A stretch of 64,000 nt of DNA from Verrucomicrobiota bacterium (GCA_039818205.1 JBCBUK010000003.1:346155-410154); one strand, 5' to 3'. Shown: positions 12,289 to 22,656, numbered from the stretch's first letter. Translations and numbers: made by a program. The notes: generated by a model not told the origin, from the sequence alone.

Positions 12289-13515
12289 CTAGAATTTGAT
12301 CACAAACTGAGCGGCGATTTGGTTTTCTCCGTCTTGGAAGCTCGTGAATTGATGTTGGAACTGGTACTGAACTTTAAACAAGCTGTGGCGGTCGAATTTG
12401 TAGCCGAGCGCGACCTCGGCTCTAATCTGGTCGTTCTCCCAGTTTTGGGATCCGAGAATGGTATCGATCTCGTTGTAAAATTGGTGACCGAATCGTAGCG
12501 CGGTATAAAACTGAGGCGTTACCTTATATTTGGTTTCGATGTAGTAGCTGAAGATCTGGGCAGGGTCGCTGACATTCGGAATATCAAACTGGCTAAATAG
12601 GAACTCGCCCCAGACCTGCCATGGGCCGCTCGACCAAGTGGCATCGACGCCCACAACCACTTGCTGATAGTCGCCAACATCGGTTCCAAGGGGCAGGGCG
12701 GGCTCGGCGGCTGGTCGGAAATAGGAGCCAATGGAACCAGAGAGGCCGAATTGCCATTCAGCGCTATGGGTGTAGCCGAGTCGACCGGTGAATGTCGGGG
12801 TAGTCCAGTCGTAGTCGTCCCACTCGGATGGACGAGTGGCGAGGGACTCATTGGTCCCGGAGACCGCTAGGTCGAATCCACCCCAGCTGGCAAATGCGGC
12901 AATTCCTTGTGTGTAGACGGGACCCCAAATGATAGGAAGCCAGGTCTTAAGGAAGTTGCTATCGTTTGCGGTCCGCCGGCTGGCAAATGAAAGTGCATTG
13001 GCTGGTACGGCCAAGTCGGAAACGCTGGTGGCCTGGTCGTAGGCCAGGGGCGGAGAAATGAATGGGTTGTCCCACGCATCGAGTCGCGGCACCCAGTTGC
13101 CAAAGATCGTGGCGAAGCGGCCGACTCGTAAATCGAGGTGCCCTGGTACGATCACGCCGTCGGCAAAGATTTCATCCAGTCGCACTTGATTGTCCATGTA
13201 ACCGGGGTCAATACCATCGTCCCAACGGAACTTGATAGAGCCTGACAGGCGCTCACCGACAAAAGCGTCGGCCTCCAGGGTGAGCCGTGGGTGATATTGA
13301 GTGTGGTTTCCCGGTTGGACGAAAATAAATCCGATCGGCGCCTCGTTGAAATAGTAGCCAGTAATTTCGGCCGACCCGCCCGCTTGGATCGCGAAGAAGC
13401 CATCCTCAGTTTCATAAAACAGGTTGTCGCTAACGTAGTCGAGCGGCTCAAGGATGGTTTTGGCCTCGACCAACAGGGGAAGCAGGAAGATTGCGAATAG
13501 CGAACGTAGGAACAT
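12289..13515 (-). CDS. Putative outer-membrane beta-barrel protein
   Basis: Signal peptide, alternating aromatic beta strands, C-terminal QFVIKF. Confidence 0.75.
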   Translation of the reverse strand: MFLRSLFAIFLLPLLVEAKTILEPLDYVSDNLFYETEDGFFAIQAGGSAEITGYYFNEAPIGFIFVQPGNHTQYHPRLTLEADAFVGERLSGSIKFRWDDGIDPGYMDNQVRLDEIFADGVIVPGHLDLRVGRFATIFGNWVPRLDAWDNPFISPPLAYDQATSVSDLAVPANALSFASRRTANDSNFLKTWLPIIWGPVYTQGIAAFASWGGFDLAVSGTNESLATRPSEWDDYDWTTPTFTGRLGYTHSAEWQFGLSGSIGSYFRPAAEPALPLGTDVGDYQQVVVGVDATWSSGPWQVWGEFLFSQFDIPNVSDPAQIFSYYIETKYKVTPQFYTALRFGHQFYNEIDTILGSQNWENDQIRAEVALGYKFDRHSLFKVQYQFQHQFTSFQDGENQIAAQFVIKF

Positions 13516-13517
13516 GA

Positions 13518-15311
13518 CTAATCCACGGAGATAACTTTAAACACTGGGACACGATCCTTAAAGCCTTTGAGCTGGACGCTGTCAATCCGTTCGACAACCG
13601 CGCTCTCGGGGAGACGCTCACGGATGGCCTCGTCAATAATGACTTCGCCCGGGCCAGCTTTCGAACAAAGGCGAGCGGCGAGGTTAACGCGGTCTCCCAG
13701 AACGGTGTAGTTTCGCCGACGGTCCGATCCCATGCGTCCGGCAACGACTTCGCCGGCACCGATGCCGACTCCAATGCGAATCGGACGCTCCGCGGTCTCG
13801 TTCAGTTTGGCCCGCGCTGCGACCATGTCCAAGCCGCAGCGGACTGCGTTCACCCAGTCATTACCGTAGGAGTGGGGCGCTCCGAAAAGGACCATAATCT
13901 CGTCACCAACGTATTTGTCGACGACGCCCTTGTGGTCGTCCGCGAGGTCAGCCATTGCGGTCATGTGGACGTTGACCAATTCAACAACATCTCGCGGATC
14001 CATCCCGTCGGTGAGTGGCGTGAAGCCGCGGATGTCACAAAACAGCGTGGCGACTTCCCGAGTTTCGCCGCCGAGTTCAATCTTACCCGCAAGCATTTCT
14101 TTAGCGATTGCAGGATCAGTAACCATGTTCAGCACATGGTTCATCTTTTCTTTTAGCTGAAGCTCACCCGCCATGGATCGTGTTGCCTTGCCCAAGACGC
14201 CGAGCTCGCCCTTACCCTCGGGCGGGTTGACGTTGAAGTCACCATCTCCGATTTGATGCATGACGTTGACCAAGGCTTCAATGTGGCGGGCGAAACTTTG
14301 CGATGTAAAGTAACTTAACGTCAAGCCGAGCAATAACGCAGCTGCCAGAAACCAAACAGCCAGGTTGCGTATCCGATCAACCAGAGCTTCGAGACCCGCC
14401 AGTGAGTAGAGTTGCACACGGTATCCTCGGGGCATACCGGGCGAGGAAGCCAGCCGATAGGTAAACACCAAGTAGTTGATTCCGTTGACCTTGTATTCGG
14501 GGTGGACGCTTTGGTCAACCGCAGCGATCTTTTTGGCAATGTCGGAGGAAGCGGACCTGGGAATGGAAGTCGAGAATAGTTGCTGGTCGGCATAGATACC
14601 GCTCTCCACGGTAGAGCTTGCGGTATCGAGAACTTCGGTCCCCAGGTGTTGACCAATCGCGATCCAGCCAACGTAGGTGCTTTCGTCGGACGCATCGCCG
14701 CCAAGGTAGACCGGAGCAACGAGGATTTCGTAGAGGCTCGGTTGATCGGGGGTCGGGAAGCTGAGATAGCCAAGGCTGAAAAAGTTTTCGTAGTCTTCCT
14801 CCGTTTCCGGAGTCGGCGGCATGATCAGACATTCCTCCAGGCGTTCAGCGATCGTTTGTTCATTGACGCCTGGTATCTTACCATAAATCCGATCGGTGGG
14901 GATCAACATCTTATTGTCGGTGTTGAACAAACGGAAGAATGTGCCGTTGGAATCGCTGTTCCCATCCGCAAGGAGGATGGGCTCCAACTCGTAGAAAAAG
15001 TCGACGTAAGCACGTTCGGAATCCCCAGTGCGGAGGGCCGCTTGCGGTCGAACGGCAAACTGCGAGGTATTGACAATGATTTGCTCTAGTTTTCCCCGGC
15101 GAAGGTTAAACTGTTTTTCAAAGGAGCGAATTTGGTCGTCGAAGCGATCTTCAACGAATTCTCGATAAGCGGCGTTGAATCGCGACTGAACGAGGCCGAG
15201 AAGGGTGAGTGTGATGAAGGCAACGATCGCCAGGATCGCCAAGGTTAGGCGAAAACCGAAGCGATGCCAAAGCGGCGGTCGAGCAATTGCTGGATCCGCG
15301 CCCGAACTCAT
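13518..15311 (-). CDS. Membrane-bound class III adenylate cyclase with periplasmic sensor and HAMP domain
   Basis: Two TM helices, HAMP, LFCDIRGFT, DKYVGDEIM, YTVLGDRVNLAARL, LKG. Confidence 0.92.
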   Translation of the reverse strand: MSSGADPAIARPPLWHRFGFRLTLAILAIVAFITLTLLGLVQSRFNAAYREFVEDRFDDQIRSFEKQFNLRRGKLEQIIVNTSQFAVRPQAALRTGDSERAYVDFFYELEPILLADGNSDSNGTFFRLFNTDNKMLIPTDRIYGKIPGVNEQTIAERLEECLIMPPTPETEEDYENFFSLGYLSFPTPDQPSLYEILVAPVYLGGDASDESTYVGWIAIGQHLGTEVLDTASSTVESGIYADQQLFSTSIPRSASSDIAKKIAAVDQSVHPEYKVNGINYLVFTYRLASSPGMPRGYRVQLYSLAGLEALVDRIRNLAVWFLAAALLLGLTLSYFTSQSFARHIEALVNVMHQIGDGDFNVNPPEGKGELGVLGKATRSMAGELQLKEKMNHVLNMVTDPAIAKEMLAGKIELGGETREVATLFCDIRGFTPLTDGMDPRDVVELVNVHMTAMADLADDHKGVVDKYVGDEIMVLFGAPHSYGNDWVNAVRCGLDMVAARAKLNETAERPIRIGVGIGAGEVVAGRMGSDRRRNYTVLGDRVNLAARLCSKAGPGEVIIDEAIRERLPESAVVERIDSVQLKGFKDRVPVFKVISVD

Positions 15312-15973
15312 TAGTTCTTTGTCGGTTTGGCTAGGTCGACCGTGAGGTCGGATTCGCCAGCTGGCACGTTGATGGGTTGCCGGCTTGTTTTGCCCGGCGC
15401 GTACCAGACTACCAGCTCATAGTCTCCCGCTGGTATGTCGTTCAAGGTGAAGTTGCCGGACTCGTCCGCAGTCGTAAAAATTGGCGAATCAAGTACGAGA
15501 ATGGTGCTCCGCATGTGGCGGTGGATTTCGCAGAAAACCTCAATCTCTCCTGGTTTATCGAATACCTGTGTTCCCGGGTCTTCGCCTTTGCGATAGCGTC
15601 CCAGATCGAATGTCTTCTCCGGGGAGTAGGAGAATACATTGTGGAAGGTGTTGTCCTCGTTGGGGAAAACGACCATGGTTCCCTTGGTGATCGGCAACAC
15701 GCTCACCTTGAATTGCAGTCCCTTTTGGATCAGCTGCCCATTCTTAGGCGCCGCGTCCCAGATTTCGGGTGCGAACTCACCCTCGAGGTATACAACGGCC
15801 CGTGGTGATGGTGGTGGAGAGGGCTGCTCGGTCGCTCCTCGATTGTAGCGGCTCGATGAGCGCTTCTGGCTGGGAAGTTCGGAAGTGTCGACCTGACCGG
15901 TGATGGTGGCCGCCTCGACGAGTAAGAACCCGGACAAAAAGATTATCAGACTGCTAAGGGTATGACGTTTCAT
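15311..15973 (-). CDS. Secreted cupredoxin-like protein with carboxypeptidase-regulatory-like domain
   Basis: Signal peptide; FPNEDNTFHNVFS and FCEIHRHM type-1 Cu-like ligands; GNFTLNDIPAGDYEL. Confidence 0.8.
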   Translation of the reverse strand: MKRHTLSSLIIFLSGFLLVEAATITGQVDTSELPSQKRSSSRYNRGATEQPSPPPSPRAVVYLEGEFAPEIWDAAPKNGQLIQKGLQFKVSVLPITKGTMVVFPNEDNTFHNVFSYSPEKTFDLGRYRKGEDPGTQVFDKPGEIEVFCEIHRHMRSTILVLDSPIFTTADESGNFTLNDIPAGDYELVVWYAPGKTSRQPINVPAGESDLTVDLAKPTKN

Positions 15974-16117
15974 CGATTAGTGGTAATTGGGCTCGAAACA
16001 GGGCCTGTTTCTGTGGGTAACATGGAGGCGTGTTTCGTCTGCTGCAAATTTAAATGGAGAAGATTTACGGTTCAAATTGAATGCGGATTGACAGTCCTTC
16101 CAAGGCTCATTGCATCA

Positions 16118-17230
16118 ATGGTCTTGGCTATGACAGTGCTACCCGACCCATTTAGACGCATTTTTAGCATTATCCTTACTGGTTGGCTCTTATTGAGTTC
16201 GGTAAGCGCGGAGTCGGGCGAAACCGCCTGGAAACCGCCCACCCCAAAGATGGACGATGAGTTTGATTGGATCGAGTTAACCTCCGGAGAGTGGCTCAAG
16301 GGCGAGTTTCGCTCGATGTACAACGAATCCGTTGAGTTCGACAGTGATAAGCTCGGTGTGCTCACGATCGATTGGGACGATATCAACGAGATTCATTTTG
16401 CCAATCAGATGGGAGTAAGAACGGAAAACCGCGCCGTCGTCGAAGGAAAGGTCTCTATGGTCGATGGGCGGATGACCTTTGGAGACGGCGTCCAGACCCT
16501 TGAGCGAAAGCAAGTGGTAGCCATTGCGCCCCTGGCGGACAACGAATGGGATCGGTGGAGCTTTAACGCGTTGATTGGCGCCGATTTTCAGCGGGGAAAT
16601 ACCGATGAGACGCGCTACACTTCGAGTCTGAGTGCCACCCGGAAGACCGAGTCTACACGGCTCAACCTTTCGTATTTAGGCAACTACACGATTACTGACA
16701 GTATCGAGACCACCAATAACCATCGAGTCAAAGCGAACTTCGACTACTTTTTCGATGAGCGCATGTATTTCCGTTTTGTGGACATCCAATACTATCGCGA
16801 TCCGTTTCAGAACATCGACCTCGAGCTTACTGCTGGAGCTGGTGTTGGTTATCGAATCTTTGATACCAAGACCGTCGATTGGGAAGTCTTTGCTGGCCCC
16901 GCCTACCAATATACCGAGTTTAGTTCCGTCGAGCCAGGACAACGCCAGTCTTCGCAAAGCCCAGCCTTTGTCTTCAGCTCGACCTTTGATTACGAGATCA
17001 CCAGCGATCTCGACTTTAAGAATAGCTACCAGCTTATCCTGACAAACGCAGGCTCGGGCCTTTTGACCCAACACCTTGTCTCAAAGCTCGAATACGAGGT
17101 GACGACCATTTTCGACGTCTTCGTGATGCTCCAGTTTGACCGGGTAGAGGAGCCAACGCCGCGATCCGATGGAACGATCCCGGCCCAAGATGATGTTACC
17201 TTATCATTTGGGCTCGGCTTGGATATCTAG
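16118..17230 (+). CDS. DUF481/YdiY-family outer-membrane beta-barrel
   Basis: DWIELTSGEWLKG N-domain, RGNTDET, YYRDPFQNIDL, AGAGVGY; start codon uncertain (16118 or 16130). Confidence 0.78.
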   Translation: MVLAMTVLPDPFRRIFSIILTGWLLLSSVSAESGETAWKPPTPKMDDEFDWIELTSGEWLKGEFRSMYNESVEFDSDKLGVLTIDWDDINEIHFANQMGVRTENRAVVEGKVSMVDGRMTFGDGVQTLERKQVVAIAPLADNEWDRWSFNALIGADFQRGNTDETRYTSSLSATRKTESTRLNLSYLGNYTITDSIETTNNHRVKANFDYFFDERMYFRFVDIQYYRDPFQNIDLELTAGAGVGYRIFDTKTVDWEVFAGPAYQYTEFSSVEPGQRQSSQSPAFVFSSTFDYEITSDLDFKNSYQLILTNAGSGLLTQHLVSKLEYEVTTIFDVFVMLQFDRVEEPTPRSDGTIPAQDDVTLSFGLGLDI

Positions 17231-17236
17231 GTGATA

Positions 17237-18610
17237 CTAGCGGGCAGCGACCAAGTCGTAGCCGCGCCAGTCTTGAACGGTGATCTCGGCAAATTCACCA
17301 ATCGGCAAGGTCTTGTCCACAAATACGGTGCCATCAATTTCCGGAGCATCCCACTCGGTGCGTGCGACACCTGGTTCCTCAACGAGGACCTTCACGGTTC
17401 GGCCTTTCATCGACTCATTCTTTCGCTCAGCAACTCGCTGCAGTGATGCCATGGCTTGGTTCCAGCGCTTCTTGCGAGTCATGTGATGGATGTGCCCGTC
17501 CATTTTGTCGGCGCGGGTTCCTTCCTCCTTTGAATACTCGAAAACACCGGCGCGCTCAAACTCAGCCGATTCGATGAACTCAACTAACTCGTCATGGTCG
17601 GCTTGAGTTTCCCCGGGGAAGCCAACGATGAAGGTCGTGCGAATGGCGAGGTCAGGGATGGTTGCGCGCATGCGCTTAATGAGATCCCGAATGTAGGCGC
17701 TATCGGTCTCTCGGCGCATGAGGTTCAACATGTTGTCGGAAATATGCTGCAGCGGAACGTCAATATAGCGGGCAACCTTGGGGCATTCAGCGATGGCCTG
17801 CATCAGTTCGTCGCTCCAGTGTGCCGGGTGGGTGTAGAGCAAACGGATCCAGAAATCCCCCTCGATCGCGTTGAGTTCGCGGATCAAGCTAGCCAGGGAA
17901 TCGCCTTTGGTGGAGTCAACGGGGCTGCGCGGATTTGGGCGAGCGTCCTCCCAGCGGTCCATGCCGAAATAGGTCGTATCTTGAGAGATAAGATTTAGCT
18001 CTTTGCAACCTTGCTCAACCAACTGGCGCGCCTCTTTAACGACACTTTCGACGGTGCGGCTCCGATGACGTCCACGTATTTTGGGAATAATGCAAAATGA
18101 GCATGGGTGGTTACAGCCTTCAGCAATCTTGATGTAGGCCGAGTGATCCGGGGTCAGGCGAAAACGGGGCGTATCGTAGTCGGGGATGTAGACGGGTTTG
18201 ACGGATACGAGATCGTCTCCCTGTTCTTCGTCGGCCTTCGTTTTGCCGGTTACTTCCTCGATGATTGGAACGATATCCTTGATTTGATCGAGCCCAATGA
18301 AGGCATCGACATCGGGCATAAGCGAAGGCAGTTCTTGTTTGAACCGTTGAGACAAGCAACCTGCGACTATCAACTTCTGCTCGCCCTTGCGCCCGGCTTC
18401 CTCGCGGTCGGTGGCGGCGTCTTGGATCGCGGCGATGGACTCCCGCTTGGCGGCATCGATGAACGAGCAAGTATTGACCACGAGCACGTCTGCCAGCTCA
18501 GCATCTGGGGTGAGCGTCATGCCCGCCTCAGCGAGGTGGCCCATCATGATTTCGGAATCAATTAAGTTCTTGGCACAGCCAAGTGAAACAAAGCCTACGG
18601 TAGTACTCAT
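17237..18610 (-). CDS. rimO: Ribosomal protein S12 methylthiotransferase
   Basis: SLGCAKNLIDSE, NTCSFI, GCNHPCSFC radical SAM motif, DAPEIDG TRAM domain. Confidence 0.96.
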   Translation of the reverse strand: MSTTVGFVSLGCAKNLIDSEIMMGHLAEAGMTLTPDAELADVLVVNTCSFIDAAKRESIAAIQDAATDREEAGRKGEQKLIVAGCLSQRFKQELPSLMPDVDAFIGLDQIKDIVPIIEEVTGKTKADEEQGDDLVSVKPVYIPDYDTPRFRLTPDHSAYIKIAEGCNHPCSFCIIPKIRGRHRSRTVESVVKEARQLVEQGCKELNLISQDTTYFGMDRWEDARPNPRSPVDSTKGDSLASLIRELNAIEGDFWIRLLYTHPAHWSDELMQAIAECPKVARYIDVPLQHISDNMLNLMRRETDSAYIRDLIKRMRATIPDLAIRTTFIVGFPGETQADHDELVEFIESAEFERAGVFEYSKEEGTRADKMDGHIHHMTRKKRWNQAMASLQRVAERKNESMKGRTVKVLVEEPGVARTEWDAPEIDGTVFVDKTLPIGEFAEITVQDWRGYDLVAAR

Positions 18611-18672
18611 GGGAAAAACGGCCTAATTAGGCGTATTTCTTCCCGTTTGGCAATCTCAAGTGCGTACCGTGG

Positions 18673-19593
18673 CTACTTCACCGGAAAGTTAATCAGGGTG
18701 ACCAATTCGTTTTCGGCAGTTTTGCGCGGATCGTTCTCGTAGACCTCAAAGGGATGCATCCCCTTGTTCATCTTGAACATTTTTGCTTGCTGGCGCATAT
18801 AGCCGGCCGACCAGGGATTGCCGAGGTGACGATAGGGGCCCGTGTGTTTGATCGTGTAGACTTTGCAGTCAGGCATGTTTCCACTGATTAATCCATCGGG
18901 GATTGCCTTTCCGGCCTCAACGGGGAAGCCAATGGTGTATTCAACCGTTCCCTTTCCGAAGCTCCATTCATGATAGATGGAAAATGGTTTGGTGGTCGGC
19001 TGGATACCCGCTGCGGCTAGCTTTTCATTGAGACTACTGAAATCGGCCTCCATTTTCGGGCCAACGTCTTTCATTGCGCATTGAGTGCGAATGCCAAAGT
19101 AGTGGTAGCCAGAAAATGACGTTTCGCCCAAGACTTCAAGCGAAGTAGGCACGGAACCCATCTCGATGTAGTCCTTGAGCATTTGAAGACCGCGGTCGTA
19201 ATCCATCCCGATCATGCCGGTCATCATATTCTTAAAGAAGAACATGAAGAAGGGGAGTGAGCTGTTCATGATCCAACTCACTTGAGTTCCGCCCTCGGTC
19301 TCCTTGAGCTCGAACCGAACCGAAGCGGTGGACTTGAAGGGCTTGAAAAAGGTCAGTTGATAGGCGATCTTTTCGTCCGGCAGCTCCTGCTCGACCTGCA
19401 TCTGACCCGCGCCAATGATCTTGCCATCCCACGAGTAGCGTTTGCCGTCGTCATCGTATTGCAATTGGCAGTCGGGCTCACAGATCAGCCAGGGAGACCA
19501 CACGGGCCATTGGCGAAAATCGCGGAGACTGGCGAATACCGTACTCCGGTTGGCGTTTATCGTAACGGAACGTTCAACATTTATCTTTGGCAT
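18673..19593 (-). CDS. SRPBCC domain plus GyrI-like small-molecule-binding domain protein
   Basis: VERSVTINA, DFRQWPVWSPW, DYDRGLQMLK, HTGPYRHL, FEVYENDP; start moved to MPKINV. Confidence 0.85.
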   Translation of the reverse strand: MPKINVERSVTINANRSTVFASLRDFRQWPVWSPWLICEPDCQLQYDDDGKRYSWDGKIIGAGQMQVEQELPDEKIAYQLTFFKPFKSTASVRFELKETEGGTQVSWIMNSSLPFFMFFFKNMMTGMIGMDYDRGLQMLKDYIEMGSVPTSLEVLGETSFSGYHYFGIRTQCAMKDVGPKMEADFSSLNEKLAAAGIQPTTKPFSIYHEWSFGKGTVEYTIGFPVEAGKAIPDGLISGNMPDCKVYTIKHTGPYRHLGNPWSAGYMRQQAKMFKMNKGMHPFEVYENDPRKTAENELVTLINFPVK

Positions 19594-19729
19594 GATAGCA
19601 GTAAGATTGGGCGTTGGGTGTCCTAGCCTTTTTGGCGGCCTACTGCCAGCTAAAATGCCCGTGGGTGCGAATCTTCTGCGCTTTAGAGTTGAAGCCGCCC
19701 GGTATCGGGCTTTTGTTACGGGATTTGAC

Positions 19730-20329
19730 ATGAAAACTTTGCCCGCAATCAAGCAAGTCACTGGCCGCGCCGTGCCAGTCCCAGGAGATGATGTTGATAC
19801 TGACCGGATTATTCCGGCTCGGTTTATGAAGTGTGTCACCTTCGATGGTCTCGGCGAATTCGCGTTTTACGACGTCCGCTTCGACACCGAAGGCAACAAG
19901 AAGCCGCATTCCCTCAACGAAGAGCGCTTCCAAGGTGCGACCATTATGATTGTCGGATCAAATTTTGGATGCGGTAGCTCGCGTGAGCACGCGCCCCAGA
20001 GTCTGCACAAATATGGTGTCCGGGCGATCATTGGCCTGAGCTTTGCGGAGATTTTCTTTGGCAATTCGACGACCTTGGGCATCCCCTGTGTCACGGTTGA
20101 CCAGCAGACACAGCACATCTTGGTCGAGACCGTGGAGTCTCACCCGGAGGGTGAGCTAACGATCGACCTGGAGCGTAAGAAGCTCAAAGTGGGTCAGAAT
20201 GAATTCAACCTGGACATCAACGAGAGCGCTCGCGAGTCGTTGATCGGCGCTGAGTGGGATGCGTTGGCGCTCTTAATGCGTGATCCAGACGACATCCATG
20301 GCGTGGCCGACCGCCTCCATTATGTTTAA
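19730..20329 (+). CDS. leuD: 3-isopropylmalate dehydratase small subunit
   Basis: DVDTDRIIPARF, NFGCGSSREHAP, SFAEIFFGN; start moved to MKTLPA. Confidence 0.93.
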   Translation: MKTLPAIKQVTGRAVPVPGDDVDTDRIIPARFMKCVTFDGLGEFAFYDVRFDTEGNKKPHSLNEERFQGATIMIVGSNFGCGSSREHAPQSLHKYGVRAIIGLSFAEIFFGNSTTLGIPCVTVDQQTQHILVETVESHPEGELTIDLERKKLKVGQNEFNLDINESARESLIGAEWDALALLMRDPDDIHGVADRLHYV

Positions 20330-20374
20330 TTAAATCGTTGCTTGCACGCAATGTAACTTCAAGCTCCCGAATTA

Positions 20375-20962
20375 ATGACTACTATTCTGGCAGGTGCGGG
20401 CTACTTTCTGATCCCATTGGGACTGTGCTCGATTTTAGCAGTTTTCATTTTAGCGGAGCGTTTGTTCGCCTTGCGCAGTTCGAAGATTTTGCCGAAGGCA
20501 ATTGTTGATAGCTTTGTCACGGGCGAAGTCCTTGAACTCGAAGGTGACCATGATTCAGTCGCGGGCCGAATTCTCTTTTTCTATCAGTTGAACCGTCCGG
20601 ATCCCGATGCGCTCAAAGCTTTTGCCTCGCTCGAGACGGCTCGGCTCGAACGCGGTATGTTCATTCTCGATATTGTCGTCGGGGCAGCGCCATTGATTGG
20701 TCTGCTCGGAACGGTCACCGGTTTGATCGACGTATTTAGCGGCATTGATCCAGAAAGTGGTTTACCGGATCCGACTCAATTCATGCAGGGCATCGCCTTG
20801 GCGTTGACCACTACGATGCTTGGTCTATCGATCGCGATTCCCGCGCTTGTCGGTAATAGTTACCTGAGCCGCCGCGTCGATATGCTGACCGCACAGATCT
20901 TTGTCGGGGTTGAGCGGATGATCGATTTGGCCAAGGCCAAAGAGGCTCAAGGCAAGGCCTAG
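20375..20962 (+). CDS. MotA/TolQ/ExbB proton channel protein
   Basis: APLIGLLGTVTG, GIALALTTTMLGLSIAIPA. Confidence 0.92.
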   Translation: MTTILAGAGYFLIPLGLCSILAVFILAERLFALRSSKILPKAIVDSFVTGEVLELEGDHDSVAGRILFFYQLNRPDPDALKAFASLETARLERGMFILDIVVGAAPLIGLLGTVTGLIDVFSGIDPESGLPDPTQFMQGIALALTTTMLGLSIAIPALVGNSYLSRRVDMLTAQIFVGVERMIDLAKAKEAQGKA

Positions 20963-20998
20963 TATTGAATCCCGCTACCGTTCAACTGACCTAAGATC

Positions 20999-21388
20999 AT
21001 GCAACGCCGTATACGACGGAAAACCGAGATTAACATCGTTCCCTTGATCGATGTTTTGATCGTGTTGATCTTTTTCTTCCTGATGACGATGCAGTTTCGG
21101 AACTTGAACGTTCTGAACATCACGCCACCCAAAATGGAGACCGCGGGTAAGACTGGCGAGGTCGATCAAATCGTTATTGGTATCACGACCGAAGGTGAGT
21201 TTTACCTGAACAACGAGGTCGTCACCGAAGACGACATCATTGCCGCGTTCAATGAAGCGTCGACCCAAGAAGAAAAGCCAAATATATTGGTCCAGGCAGA
21301 CGAAGACGTGCCACTGAAACACGTCACCTTCGTCATGGACCAATCACGCAAGGTTGATTTGGGCAAAGTGCGCCTGCAGGCGCGCTAA
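20999..21388 (+). CDS. ExbD/TolR family protein
   Basis: INIVPLIDVLIVLIFFF, ADEDVP. Confidence 0.92.
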   Translation: MQRRIRRKTEINIVPLIDVLIVLIFFFLMTMQFRNLNVLNITPPKMETAGKTGEVDQIVIGITTEGEFYLNNEVVTEDDIIAAFNEASTQEEKPNILVQADEDVPLKHVTFVMDQSRKVDLGKVRLQAR

Positions 21389-21411
21389 TTAGCGATTGGT
21401 TTAGCCTGTCG

Positions 21412-21849
21412 CTACTTGAACTGGTTCCGAACCGATTTCAGTTGGAGTGCCCAGATGGCGTAGCCGTTGATGATGACAGTGAAGAAATTGATGCCCCAGA
21501 ATAGGACGACATCGACGATGCTCATTGTTGGGAGTGCTTTGTTTCCAAAGAGCACGACTAGTAGGTTGCCTCCGTAAAAGACGACCATGACGTATGAGCA
21601 GGAAAGCGCGGCAGAACGCCACAGGGAAATCCGTCGCTTCAAGCCCCAACCGACCGCCAAGAAGGCCATCAGAAAGTTCGGCACCGGCAAGGGCGAGTAG
21701 AACAAGTTGTGAATCGTCTGCAAGAGTGCCATGCCACCAATAAAATAGAAGGCCCAGGCGACATAGCTGAGATGGTCCCGATCCTTGAAAGCGACTTTGG
21801 CTTTTTCGGGTTCGGATGGTTGAGCAGTTTCGGTAGGTTCAGAACTCAT
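21412..21849 (-). CDS. Hypothetical membrane protein (4 TM)
   Basis: Hydrophobic ORF; ATG start MSSEP preferred. Confidence 0.6.
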   Translation of the reverse strand: MSSEPTETAQPSEPEKAKVAFKDRDHLSYVAWAFYFIGGMALLQTIHNLFYSPLPVPNFLMAFLAVGWGLKRRISLWRSAALSCSYVMVVFYGGNLLVVLFGNKALPTMSIVDVVLFWGINFFTVIINGYAIWALQLKSVRNQFK

Positions 21850-21910
21850 TCCACTAGCATGATTTAGCAACTAGCGCAGGGCGAGTAGAAATTTGCATGA
21901 TACAAACGTC

Positions 21911-22603
21911 TTACAATTCCTCGTCGATGCCGACGGCTTCAACATGCCAGTCGAAATAGAGCACATGGCGTACCCTGCCATGAATCGGTTTCTCTGGCGT
22001 TTTTATGGCCCAGGGGGCAAACTTGACAAACCGGTTCTCCCGATCCGCATCCATGAGCGCCCAGGCTTGAGCCGGCACGGGAATGGAAGTGACCGTCATC
22101 GGAATTGAATCTTCCGGCTTCTTCGCGAGAAATGGATGGGTGCCCCAATAATTGATGATCTCATTCGTATCTGGATGTCGGTATTTGGTATTCGCGACAT
22201 AAGTACGTGGCTCAGTTCCGATCTCATCCATTGGATAGGCTGGCGGGATCATTACCTTAACCGGCATGGGGCGGACTGCGTCTCGCGGTAGGTCAAAATA
22301 GGGGCTCAGCCAATAGGCCAGCCGTTCGCGCTCTTCGTTTTGATAGAAGGGTACCTGGCCTGGCCAGAGCGGGCCCGGCAAGGTTTGCGAGTGGTCCTGC
22401 GTGAACAACTGGATAGCGGCACCGGTTTGACGCAATGAATTGACTCCGCCGGCCCGCATCGCGGATTTGCGAGCGGTCGTCACAACCGAGGCAAGAATCC
22501 CGCTCAGAACGGCGACGATCGCGATACACACGAGTAGTTCCACGAGCGTAAAGCCAGATTTGCGTTCAAGTGAGAGCCGTAAGTTGTTTTTGCTGTACCA
22601 CAT
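21911..22603 (-). CDS. Prepilin-type N-methylation domain protein with C-terminal H-X9-DG-like motif
   Basis: SGFTLVELLVCIAIVAVL; C-terminal HGRVRHVLYFDWHV. Confidence 0.85.
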   Translation of the reverse strand: MWYSKNNLRLSLERKSGFTLVELLVCIAIVAVLSGILASVVTTARKSAMRAGGVNSLRQTGAAIQLFTQDHSQTLPGPLWPGQVPFYQNEERERLAYWLSPYFDLPRDAVRPMPVKVMIPPAYPMDEIGTEPRTYVANTKYRHPDTNEIINYWGTHPFLAKKPEDSIPMTVTSIPVPAQAWALMDADRENRFVKFAPWAIKTPEKPIHGRVRHVLYFDWHVEAVGIDEEL

Positions 22604-22656
22604 AATACGATGACTCTACCATACAGCATTTTCTTGGCCTAGCTAGACGAATGGCC

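Noticed and set aside
19442..19839. Apparent overlap of the leuD ORF and the SRPBCC ORF
   Set aside because: True starts at 19730 and 19593 leave a normal divergent intergenic region
19730..21388. Orphan leuD, and exbBD without tonB, as a novel unit
   Set aside because: Split operons are common; no evidence of a functional link
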